A stretch of 64,000 nucleotides of DNA, taken from positions 4,092,001-4,156,000 of the forward strand of contig CM038998.1 of NCBI GenBank assembly GCA_017499595.2, in the 5' to 3' direction. A program made the translations under genes and the position numbers. Below, piece after piece: positions 25,601 to 35,752 of the stretch; positions within the stretch are counted from its first letter, which is position 1, and each line of letters opens with the position of its first letter. This DNA is from Psilocybe cubensis (taxonomy: Eukaryota). Below the pieces are notes generated by a model, which was given only the letters and a program-made list of their open reading frames with translations, was not told the origin of the DNA and did not search any database.

Positions 25601-28600
25601 CACTAACTTATATATATATAGAATCAGAACAACACAAACAACACCGGAGAATCCGTTCAGTTCAAGTCATTGGATGCAAATGAAGTTACACGTGGTTTGC
25701 TACTTGGTGGCCAACAAAGTGTGTTAGAGTTAAAGCAACGATGTATGTCCAATCTTATTAAAGATGACAGCTTTCTAATGTTTTTTCTAGTTGATGCGAT
25801 CCGTATTGAATCCATACTATGCTATCCAATTGTCTTTACACCTTTTCACGATCTTGGAAGCAACAATCAGTCCTCGATTATAAGCAGCAAAGGGTATTTT
25901 GCTCAATTATCCTTCAACGACCACACAGACTTTATTTCAAAAGGTGGATTCAAAACAGCACATAGTGCCTTGTTGGAATGGACATCTGCAAGTCCTTCTG
26001 GCCTCCTTGGATCATGGTTGACGTCTCCAATCTCTATTGCTATGAAGCGGCTATATACCCAGAGAAAGGATCCTAAAACTGGCGCTATGGTTCTCAAACG
26101 GTTCGCATATGCCGATGAAAGCATCAAGACTTTGATGGAGGCCACTTCTCTCGCCTATGCAGACTCTATTTTACAATTTGCATACGGTTTTATTAACAAC
26201 TTTCTCAATAAGCAGGGCAGCAATCTCGATTCGGATGATCTTCCCTTTTCAATTCCAAAGCTTCGATTTGTTAAGGCATGCATTGCTTATTCATTTGGAA
26301 AAGGCAAACAGCAAGCAGCCTCAACATCCTACTCCGCAGCCTATCTTCTCGAAGAACTCATCCCAACAGAACTGCCTTTTATCAAGTACATCCATAATGC
26401 AGACGCCGTTCCACTTCTTGAAGAAAGCGAGCCAGGATATGACACATCAAAGTTCCTTTGCTTTGTTCAGCATGTGCAGTTTGTCGAGTCTCATGGTCAA
26501 GTTTTTCTCTCAGACTTTCAAGGTGCCGTGATTATTTCAATATTTGTTTATGTGGAATAACTGACTTATGTGCACATATAAGGCGCTGGAGACTTGTTGA
26601 CGGACCCACAGGTTATGACCCATCCGTAAGCAACTTGTAAATACTGGCTTGAGTTTATGCTAATACATTCTGTAGCAAACTTAAAGACGGCAATGGCAAT
26701 CCATTGCAAAATCTCTTTGGTGAAGGCAATGTTGAAGAAGCATTCATGAAATTTCCATCTCAGCACAAATGCAACGAGTACTGCACTTGGTTTGATCTGG
26801 AGCCCATCAATACAGAATAGATATACAGAATGACTATTAGTCTGATTAGTATGCCTTAATCTTAAACAATCGCCGTTCTTGTTTCTCAGAAACTGTCTGC
26901 CCATATCCACTTGAGTAAAGTTGTGCTGACTTTCGTAAATTATAATATGAGGTAGACATAAAAAAGAAGATCAATTACTCTGGTGGCGCTAGCGTATTTC
27001 CGTGCCCGAAAATTTCTAGGCCACCAGCAATGAAATTTCTTTTACATCTATCTCAGACCAAAAGCAGCCGTCAACAAAAGACACTTGCAAAAAGAGTAAC
27101 AGCTGCCCCAGCTGCCTTATTCTCAAAAATACTGCCTTTCACGGATGGATTGGCATAACCTCAATGCATACACAAATGTCTTCAGCGCAGACTATAGTGG
27201 CATGCCACAAGCATACACAAAAGCATCTCTGCCTGGATGTGCACGCTCCATCCAACACCGCCACTACGGACTGTGGTGTGTTCACTACGGAGCGTGTATG
27301 CGCATGCAGAGTTGCCGGTACAAATGTAGGCAGATATATGGGAACTGAAGGCGTGCCACGCTATACACCGTCACACAGTGCAGCTACAAAGCAAGCGCGG
27401 GAACACGGGCAGAACCACAAGGTGAATGCACGGCCCTACTGGCCAACTGTGTATGTGAAAAACTCCTATGCGGCATGCAGGCGCATGGCATTATTGTCAG
27501 TGTTGCCCATGTGTTGGAATCAAATCAGAACGCACCGTAGTGACCCAACACCCAGAGAGAGTTTCTCCCTTCTCATTTTCCTCATTCCAATAGTCATGGC
27601 ATGTGCGCAAAAATACGCAATCCAGCGCTGCACGATGCAATTCTTCTGGCACAGCAGGTTTGATTGACTGTCGCTCACACGATAACCCTGGCCCAGGGAT
27701 GATCCTTGGTGTTATCAAGTGAGCGACAGGATTGCAAACACGATGGCCGGGAAAGCCTCGAGTGAAAGGCGCAAGAAGTGGTCGGGTTGAGGCGCCCAAA
27801 CAGGAGTGCTACAGCTTGGCAATGGCTGAGACGACGGTGCCCAGACAAGTTGAAATGCCACGCAAGCGGGTTTCCGGGGTCAGGTTGTGCCTCTGGATCA
27901 AACAAATACCCGGCAAGCTCACCCGGTCAATGTTTGGCAACGGCTTTTGAGGCTTGACAGTCTCGCTTTCCATACTCACGCCGTGTCAAGTGGTCTACAC
28001 TCGTTTCAATCTTTCGTAAACGATTCCAATATCGCATTGCAGAAAGAGAAAAGTGCGAATGTCCCGCAGGGTGGTCGATACCACGCGCTTTCTCGGCGAA
28101 TCAGAGATCGCGAGCTGAAACATGGACATGATCTTGACTCCCTTGTACCCATCCTGGCATCATCCTCGTTGAACTTGCGCCAAGCATCAGAGTCGGCTAT
28201 TGTTTGTCTTGTTGATTGGTTCCAAGAATGTAATAGCCACAGGTGGATGGCGTTCATCTCGAAGTCGTCGCCAGAGTCGATCGCGAAGCGCCACGAGAAA
28301 CTGGTGAAAGAGCTCGAAAATCTGCAGAATGCGCTGACGGAGTTCAGAACGGTTGAAAGAGTACAGCTAATCAAGCCATATGAACGATTTTTCGACCCAA
28401 AAACGAGGTTGCTTCTGACCAACTGCGATATGTTCACGTCGCGGTAAGTATATATATTTCTGCTCAGGTCTTCTGAATTGAATCCCTTTTTTCTTTTCCC
28501 CTTATACAGCTCGCTTTACATTTGTTTTGTTTTTATCGACACCATTGATGCCTTTTCAGAGGCAATCGTCAAAATGCTGAAAATCGTGACTGAAATTGAT

Positions 28601-31358
28601 GCGCAAAGACCAAAGCCGAAAGTGTGGTTCCCTGGACGAATTGTTAAAGCCTCGCAGAATATCACCAACAGTGACTTCAAAGATGTAGATGGCCCTATAG
28701 CTCTAGGGACATCACAGAATCCGGTCGTCTTTTCTAGTAATGAGAGTTCACAAACCAGCTTGACCGAATCAGAGTCGGACGATGAAGACGAGGAATCAGA
28801 AGAAAAGAAAAGGAAAGAATTGGATGATCAGGCTTGCCCAGCGGAACCACCAAGTAAACATCTTATTTACCTTGAAAGCAATTGCGTACTTGCTTACACG
28901 CATTAACTGTCACAGAAAAGCAAGACCCTGATGCTTTCCCTCCTACAACGGCATTCGGACGCATGGTTGTGAAAGTTGCTCCTTTCTTCAGGTTCTTCAA
29001 ATCCCCTCAAGGTATATTTGCACTGCGAATGGGCATTGTTTCAGTAGCATTATGGATACCCTCTGTGTGCCACTCATCGGCGTGGTTTTATTACGACAAT
29101 AAAGGGTTGTGGGCGCTTATCATGGGACAAGTAAGCGCACACCAGCGATTTTTGTCTGAGGGCAGTTATATACTAATTCTATACAGATGGGATTAGCAGT
29201 ATACGCTGGAGATCAGGTAAGCTTGTTTGACATATAAATGGCTGGAACCTGGTTGAACTCGGCACTTTAGATCGCTGGATTCATCGTCAGAATAACAGGA
29301 ACACTGCTCGGATTAGTTGGCCAGTTCTTTGCTGTCAAGTCGGATATAACGTCCACTAATACTGATGCCACTCTACAGTTGGATTGGTTGTCTGGTACAT
29401 TGGGGCAGGCCATGGGCACGGAAACCCTTACGGACTCGTGATTGCAACGGTCTGTTCAGAGTGTCATCCATATCAAAGAATTTCCTATACTTATTGATTT
29501 TTTTTTGGCGTGTGTAGACTTTAATCGTTTCTCCATTTTTGTTAGCGCGTGTCGCTGCATCTCCAGCGCAAGTTGGGATGTTCACAATGCTTTGCGTCAC
29601 GACGGTATTCGGTACCCGTTTTCAATCGTTCAACCATCTGTCAGTGAACTGATACATGGCTTCTATTAGTGGTAGGCTATAGCTGGGTCAATGCAAATAT
29701 CGACGTTATCTCCAATCCCGGCGTTGGTGTCACCTTGGGGTGGAAGAGAGCGTGAGCATACTCCACTTGATCATATGCAACCTCTTGACATAGATGAACT
29801 CTTTAAAATAGTTTGCTCGTCATCATTGGGTTCACAGCGGGCGTACGTATCTTCGGAATAGTCCAATTGACACCTCATCTGATATGGTCCCAACATAGTT
29901 CATTGTAATGCTGTTCCCCAACCCAATATCATCCCGTGTCCTGGTCCGCAAAACACTAGCCGCAGTAATAAGCGAGTCAGGAAATATCTTTGCAGGGGAG
30001 GTTGAAGCGTTCCTCAGCGAAGAACAAAAGGGCAGAAGCGGCATTTATGAAAAAATCGAACTCGTGGGTAGAGCAGAGCCTGATGATAAAAAAGTATCGC
30101 CGAAAGAGAGAAGAATCAGAAGGATTGCGAGAAGGGTTATCGCTGTCTCAGTAAGTTTCCTGTATCCATTGTTCAAGTGTTTCCTATTGGACAAATATTC
30201 AAGATCTTTAATGAAACCTACAGCATAGGCTGCGGATGATCGCCCCGTCGCTTTCGACGGCTAAATTTGAACCTCAGATTTCGTGAGTTGTCGTTGATGG
30301 TTTTGCATCAGTACCCGGTTTGAGACGACGATATCCGACAGAGGAAGGTGGCCACAAGAGCAGTATGAAGAACTTCACAGGATCCAGTACGTGATCTCCG
30401 AAGATATATTGGGTTGAGATTCCAACTCTTTCGGCCCACAGAGTACGGATACTAGGATCACTCGCTCTTCTCACCACGTCATTTTCCAAACTGGACACCA
30501 AATGGTGCAGCGCATTGGTCCATCGGGTAAAGTTTTGTATGTCTTGATACCCATGGATCAAAAACTGACCACCCGTAACCAGTCGCCCTTTATGAATCCA
30601 AATTTTGCAAGTTTCATCCCCCCGCCGCGCTCTTCGAAGTCTTACTGATCAATCTATAAAAACAGTTGTCCGATGTCTTCTCGACGATTGCGATCGTGTC
30701 GACCTCCCTAATGGAGGGCCGGCCACTTCCTGCATTTCTCCCGAGGTTGAGGGACCGCCTTTTGTACCATGATTATCACGCGGCCAAAGCGACGAAATCT
30801 ACTCTTCGACAAGGCAATCTTTTCCCTGGGCACATTCGTGACGGGGGAGACGAGGTAAAAGAGGAAAAGAGTATTCACACAGATTCAACCTCCGAGCTGT
30901 TAAACAAGGGGGACAAGTCGGGTTTCGAGAGTGAAGAAGACTTAGGGGCTGCTGCTGGACCCATGCATGTCGATGGTCATAGTGTAGGTATTGAGCTCGA
31001 CGAGCTGAATTTGGACATGTTACTGGTATGCTTTCTTCGTTGAAATATTGCTGTCCCCATTGACTTTGTCGCAGAATGAACAACTGCCGGCGCATTCAAC
31101 TGGTAATGCGTCTTTTTTTAGGCAGAGCTATTAGCTGACTTTTGCACTGTCGTAGCCGTGATTGCCCTCTCAAGCCTCCTTTTCGTGAGTCTGCTTTGCG
31201 TTGCTAAAATAGTCCAATCTTACGTTTTACAGCGCGTCGACGAGATGATTGATATCACGCGTACTCTTTGCGGCCAGGCCACCTTCCGTGGCTATGAAGG
31301 GCTTCAACAAGACTATCTTGATAGAGAGGAAAAAGCGATAGGTGGGGTGAGACCTTGA
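19664..31358 (+). CDS. ArAE/FUSC-type (aromatic acid exporter, BRE4-like) multi-pass membrane protein, with a transposon in one intron
   Basis: KTWIRCCIAL...MGQAAFF, ILIFPESLSH, DTSIGRLGPADL, then after the insertion SGLHSFQSF, FALRMGIVSVALWIP...FYYDNKGLWALIMGQ, MLFPNPISSRVLVRKTLA, AKFEP. Frame joins GCT AG|T GGT across intron 21019-27990. Confidence 0.8.
21066..21111 (+). repeat. Left terminal inverted repeat (46 bp)
   Basis: TATGGAAAGCGAGACTGTCAAGCCTCGAAAGCCGTTGCCAAACATT. Confidence 0.95.
21585..23455 (-). CDS. Integrase-core (RNase H fold) DDE transposase, 8 exons, about 490-500 aa
   Basis: Manual splicing gives an open frame MPQKNQFKPL...RKRFPKAGARDM...RRLRRRRFWAAGVNDIIAVDQHDKWKRFGLALH...DPFDGYIHW...QSDPGSENYGIANAQ...NIKPEISWSQLR...acidic tail DEGEDVLI*. 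Confidence 0.9.
23837..23894. repeat. 2 x 29-bp tandem repeat in the divergent promoter region of the transposon
   Basis: AGATTGCAGAATAATGGCATGCAAATGAT / AGATTGCAGAACAATAGCATGTAAATGAT (3 mismatches). Confidence 0.85.
24028..26820 (+). CDS. Alpha-kinase (eEF2K/MHCK family) with N-terminal Cys4 motif, about 10 exons, transposon-borne
   Basis: ISKGGFKTAH (P-loop), AMKR, LMEATS, LRFVKAC, YLLEELI, FIKYIHN, FVQHVQF, LSDFQG, LTDPQV, FGEGN, HKCNEYC (C-terminal Zn site). Stop TAG 26818-26820. Confidence 0.9.
27929..27974 (-). repeat. Right terminal inverted repeat (46 bp)
   Basis: Reverse complement TATGGAAAGCGAGACTGTCAAGCCTCAAAAGCCGTTGCCAAACATT, one G/A difference from the left TIR. Confidence 0.95.
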
Positions 31359-31440
31359 TACCGGATTGTGCTTTTCTATATCCCATGCAAAATGTACATT
31401 CAATAAAACAAGCATTGCTATTATTCAACTGGACGGACCA

Positions 31441-32610
31441 TTACAGAAAGCCTCCGCTCTTGCCACTCCCGAATCGATCTCCGAGGCCTTTCGCTTCCTT
31501 GAGCATCTTGTTACGTTTTTCATCGTCCATTAGACGGCCACCCAGACCCATATCTCGAGAATGGTCCCAGATGCCAGGCACCTCGTCTGTGGACTTTTTC
31601 GCGACGGATGCATGTTGGTCAATAAGAGCGGCTCCGCGCTGTTTTTTCTTTGAAAAAGGGTGAATATGTTGTATAACCCAGGTAGTAGAACGCGTACCGT
31701 GTGTTCTTCCACTCCTCTTCTGATAGCCTCCTCCTCTGCCTTTCGCTGCCGTTTCCTTGCTTTAATCTCCTCGGCCTCATCAACCGGAGCGTCGGTAACT
31801 CTTCTCTTCTTGCCTGAAACCTCGTCTGCTAGTCTCTGTTGACGTTCGGCTGGTGTCTCTGTCCAGAGCGAGTTGTCGTGGCTGCTGCTAGTCTCTGCAC
31901 CCGTTCCTCGCGAAAATTGGCGTGCCTTCAATTTAGTGGTGTCAAGGTCTAGAATGAACATGGTGAGCCCGGGTCTCGAACGATTCCCAAATTCACAAAG
32001 CTTACTGCCTAAGAGGCCTTGGGATGTGGGTGGTACCAGCATCCATTCGTCGCGTTTCACTGCTTTCGGTTTTGCCGCTTCCTGAAAGCAAGTCAATAGT
32101 ATGCATTGTCCAGAAACAGGGCTAACACACCTCTGCCGCCTTCCGCCGCTTCTCCTCCCTTTCTAAAAATTCCTGCACCGCGTCGCTCTGTCGATGCTGC
32201 ATGCCCGCAGGTAAGGGTTTCGGCCCTATATCGTCATCATCGCTGTCTTCGTTGTCATATGCACTATTTGGATCGTACGTTGGCGCGTAGGTGGGGAGAG
32301 AGGGTCCAATTGTGCGTGCTGAGGACGGTGGAGGTATAGAGGGACCTGCTACCGGCTTTGAGGTGACTGTAGGCATCGTTGGGCCTATACTGGGAGAAGA
32401 AGTGGGCTGTGGGCCAAAATCATCGTCGTCATCGTCAATTACTTGTATTTTTGAGCTTGAATTCAAGAGATGTGCGGGGATCTGGGGGCCTATGCTTGAG
32501 GAACTAGCGTTGGGCAGCTGGGGCCCATCGTCGTCTTCGTTTTCGTCTTTGTCGTCGCGTTTAGATTGCTTGAGAAGATGAGGGGGAATTTCAGGCCCTA
32601 TTGACGCCAT
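31441..32610 (-). CDS. GPALPP1: GPALPP-motif protein (DUF3752 family)
   Basis: Repeated IGPxxP motifs, KRDEWMLVPP, SLWTETPAERQQRL, IWDHSRDM, C-terminus RFGSGKSGGFL*. Confidence 0.85.
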
Positions 32611-33296
32611 TTACGTTCAATATAGCGTTGACTGGTAAAACAGTATATGTAACACCGTCCTAGTTGCAGTTTAGAAGGTTAGGTTCGTGACCAGTCATAT
32701 GTGACAAATTACCTTTTTGAAGTCCGAAATACTTTCGATGTCCGCGTGTTCCACTAATATTTACACAGAAAAACTGAGCCACAACAGCAACACAACAGTG
32801 TAGTGATGTGTAGATTAGAGTCTCCACAGAGATATCATCAGTTCGTTACAACAAGCACGGTAGTCCTGAAGCCAACTAGAACACATGATATGAACATATA
32901 TTAAGCTGGGTAAAATCGTCATGTTAATTTAATCGTGTACAGATCTGGAGCACCATTGAGTGAGTTGTAACTGATTTACGGTCGATTTACTAGTACTACT
33001 ACTTTAAAAAATTCAAGCTCTGGAACTGTGTCATTGAATCGCAATTCGCCAATTCACAAAAACATAATCACCCTAATTGTGATAGTATCGGTGTAATAAC
33101 TTCTCTAAGCAATGCCGCCTCGGTGCCATCTTTGGCCCAAATACATATCCAATTCATCATTCCAGCATCGTGTATGCAGTAAAGAGGGTAGAAAGCATCT
33201 ACAAGAGCCTAAGAGTCAAACGTCTATTCATTCGACTTCAAGGTTAACAAAACGTACCCGGTACTAGAATCTCTCCGGCGCGCATACCAAAAGAAT

Positions 33297-33800
33297 TCAA
33301 GTCTCTTGTGTACCTGGCCATGGCAATCCTGCTCCTAACTTCCTCCTGATCTCATTCTTCTCTGTTCCACTAACGCGCTCGCGATATCTCTCACCATACA
33401 ACACCCTACATTCATCTTTTGTTCTATATCTTAGGATATCGTAGTGACTTTCCGCAGTCATCATAGCGTCTCGTTCGGTATGGCCTCCTTTCACTATAAC
33501 CAACGTTCCACCTCCTTCTTCAAACTTCTTGAAATTACCCCGGAGATGGGTCTCCTCGCTATTGTTGAGATACAAGCGTATACGACTCTTTGATACCTGC
33601 GATTTCTGCAGGTAATCAAATGCCAACGTATCGATGCCACGAGATGGCCCAATGATGAAATGATGGCCTTTACGAATAGCGTCCTTTATACGTGGAAGAT
33701 AATGTTCGTTGAAATAGGCGCCATCAGTGTCAAGAGGTCCCGATATGAAAGCTATAGGGTTTTGAGAAAATAGCCTGGTAGTTGTCAACGGTCGGGCCAT
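33297..33800 (-). CDS. Intronless 167-aa SLOG-superfamily-like (YspA/DprA-type Rossmannoid) protein
   Basis: IAFISGP...AIRKGHHFIIGPSRGIDTLAFDYL...ERDAMMTAESHYDI...SGTEKN resembles the SLOG pattern (G.a.GiD..A, RD..M, SGT). Family call from motif recall. Confidence 0.6.
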   Translation of the reverse strand: MARPLTTTRLFSQNPIAFISGPLDTDGAYFNEHYLPRIKDAIRKGHHFIIGPSRGIDTLAFDYLQKSQVSKSRIRLYLNNSEETHLRGNFKKFEEGGGTLVIVKGGHTERDAMMTAESHYDILRYRTKDECRVLYGERYRERVSGTEKNEIRRKLGAGLPWPGTQET

Positions 33801-34762
33801 AACTATGGCAACTGGTGGGTGGTGGAGGAGTGAACTTCAGAGACGATCCCAGGTCGCTAATACTATATCACGATGATTCGATTGATGTCACATTCGGCAC
33901 ACACCCTTAGAATCATGGTTGGCACCATTTGAACGCTCTGAAAATAAAATGGTGTAAGATTGATAAAATTTTCAAATATTATTGTCAGAAAAATGAAGTA
34001 GAAAGTAGAATTGTGGTTGAGGACGTTCAGAACTGTACAGCACTGTTCAGGTCATTGTTCAGGAATTCGAAGGTCAACGTTTCAACCCGCGCGCCGGTTC
34101 CGATGGTTGCTTATTTTTGATCGGAGATCATTCGGAAAATGAATCACAATCCTCAATATAGTTTTTTTTGTAAAACTCTGTCATCACGAACAGCAAGAGA
34201 ATCTTAGAACTATAGGACGCTAGCTGTTCGATTCTTTTGCTATTTTCATTTCATGAGTAGCAGGTAGCTTTCAAATTAAGTTATTCAATGCCGTTGACCT
34301 GATGACAAATGATTGGAATTTATTGCAGGATGTCAGATATTGGATCAGGTTGGGTTAAGTGCCCTGTTGAAGCTATCGAGTTTATAATTGCTGACATTCT
34401 TTGGACTTTCCAAAATTAAGGAACTAACTGTCCAGGACCAGTCTCTTTTTTGCCTTGAATTGGTATTTCCTTCTGCAAGACCGATACTTGGCTGATAATG
34501 ATAATTATAAGGCACGAACACAATTCTTCGATTGTTGGATTGATACACTACAGATTACAACTTTCTCGGAAAGTGCGATCGTCGGACGGAGGTGCTCAGT
34601 AATATTATTGGTAAGACGCTGTACATACCATGGGTAACATGTCATCATCCTGCTTAACCGGTTCAATAATGATATATAAGAAGCCTGGAATCGAAGTGGT
34701 CCAGACATTTCGCATTATTGCGACTCTATCAAGTCTCAAGATTCCTCCTTCACAAGGGTATC

Positions 34763-35752
34763 ATGACGGCACTTATCACAGGTGGAACAGGAAGATCTGG
34801 TCTTGCACTTGCAAAGCTACTTCAAGAGGCAAATTATCCTGTCGTCATTACTTCACGATCCGGAGAAGCGCCCAAACCTTTCAAAGCCATCAAATTCGAC
34901 TGGTTCGATACGACGACACATGAGTCTGCCTTTAAAGATATCTCTATCGACCGGGTGTACATCGTCGGACCGCCTGGAAGTAATGACTCTGCAAACATCA
35001 TATCTTTCATTGATTTGGCCGTTTCGAAAGGAGTGAAAAGATTTGTGTTGATGTCAGCTACTCAAATTGATCCATCGAGGATTCAATCGGCTTTCCCAGC
35101 TGGAGCAATACATCAGCATCTTATTGACAAAGGCGTAGATTATGTTGTTCTAAGACCTACGTGGTTCATTCGTAAGTCCGGGTCGCTTTGGCCATTAGTA
35201 TGCAGTTTCGATTTCTGATAAAAAAACCAAAACCCTGCAGAGAACTTTGGCACTAATTTTCTGGTCAGCATCAAAGAGCACAGCCAAATATTTTCGGCTG
35301 CACAAGACGGACGTGTTCCTTGGATTTCAACTGAAGACATAGCACAAGCTGCATTTCAGGCTTTAACGGCAGAACCAAGTCCCAACAAGGATATCTTTGT
35401 CCTCGGTCCCGAGCTCTACTCATATGCCGAGGTGAGTCCTTTTGGAGGATCTGTGTCGACCTATTTTCACGTTTTTTGGGATTCCCAGGCTGCCGAGGTC
35501 GCTTCCTCCGTATTGGGGCGCAAGATCGAATATAAGAGGCTGACTATTCAAGAGCAGGCGGATTTCTACTCGACTTTGGGCGTGAGTCCCGACTTAGCTA
35601 AGGTCCTTGCGGAAATGGATCAAAAGATTGCAGCGGGAAACGAGGAGGCTTTGTTCAATAATCCCCAAATCGCTTCCGAAGGCCGTAAATTTATTGGAAA
35701 GCATACGCTTCGGCAGTACTTCGAAGACAACAAGGACTTGTGGACCAAGTAG
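34763..35752 (+). CDS. NmrA-like NAD(P)-binding reductase, EasG/agroclavine dehydrogenase-like (copy A)
   Basis: MTALITGGTGRSG, FDWFD, GVKRFVLMSA, YVVLRPTWF|ENF, DGRVPWISTEDIA. 3 exons. Confidence 0.88.

Larger units (their letters stand above)
21066..27974. mobile_element. Complete 6.9-kb TIR DNA transposon (IS3EU-like) carrying a transposase and an alpha-kinase
   Basis: 46-bp TIRs with 1 mismatch, TSD CTCACG at 21060-21065 and 27975-27980, AT-rich interior, integrase-type DDE gene, host gene continuous on both sides. Confidence 0.95.

Noticed and set aside
27164-27667. 167-aa ORF inside the transposon as a third gene
   Set aside because: No recognisable motif and atypical composition; likely a chance ORF.
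21061-27978. Alternative boundary: 47-bp TIR (GTATGG...CCATAC) with 4-bp TSD TCAC
   Set aside because: Formally possible because CTCACG starts with C and ends with G. The full 6-bp direct repeat is present on both sides and fits TAY..RTA ends better. Other copies are needed to settle it.
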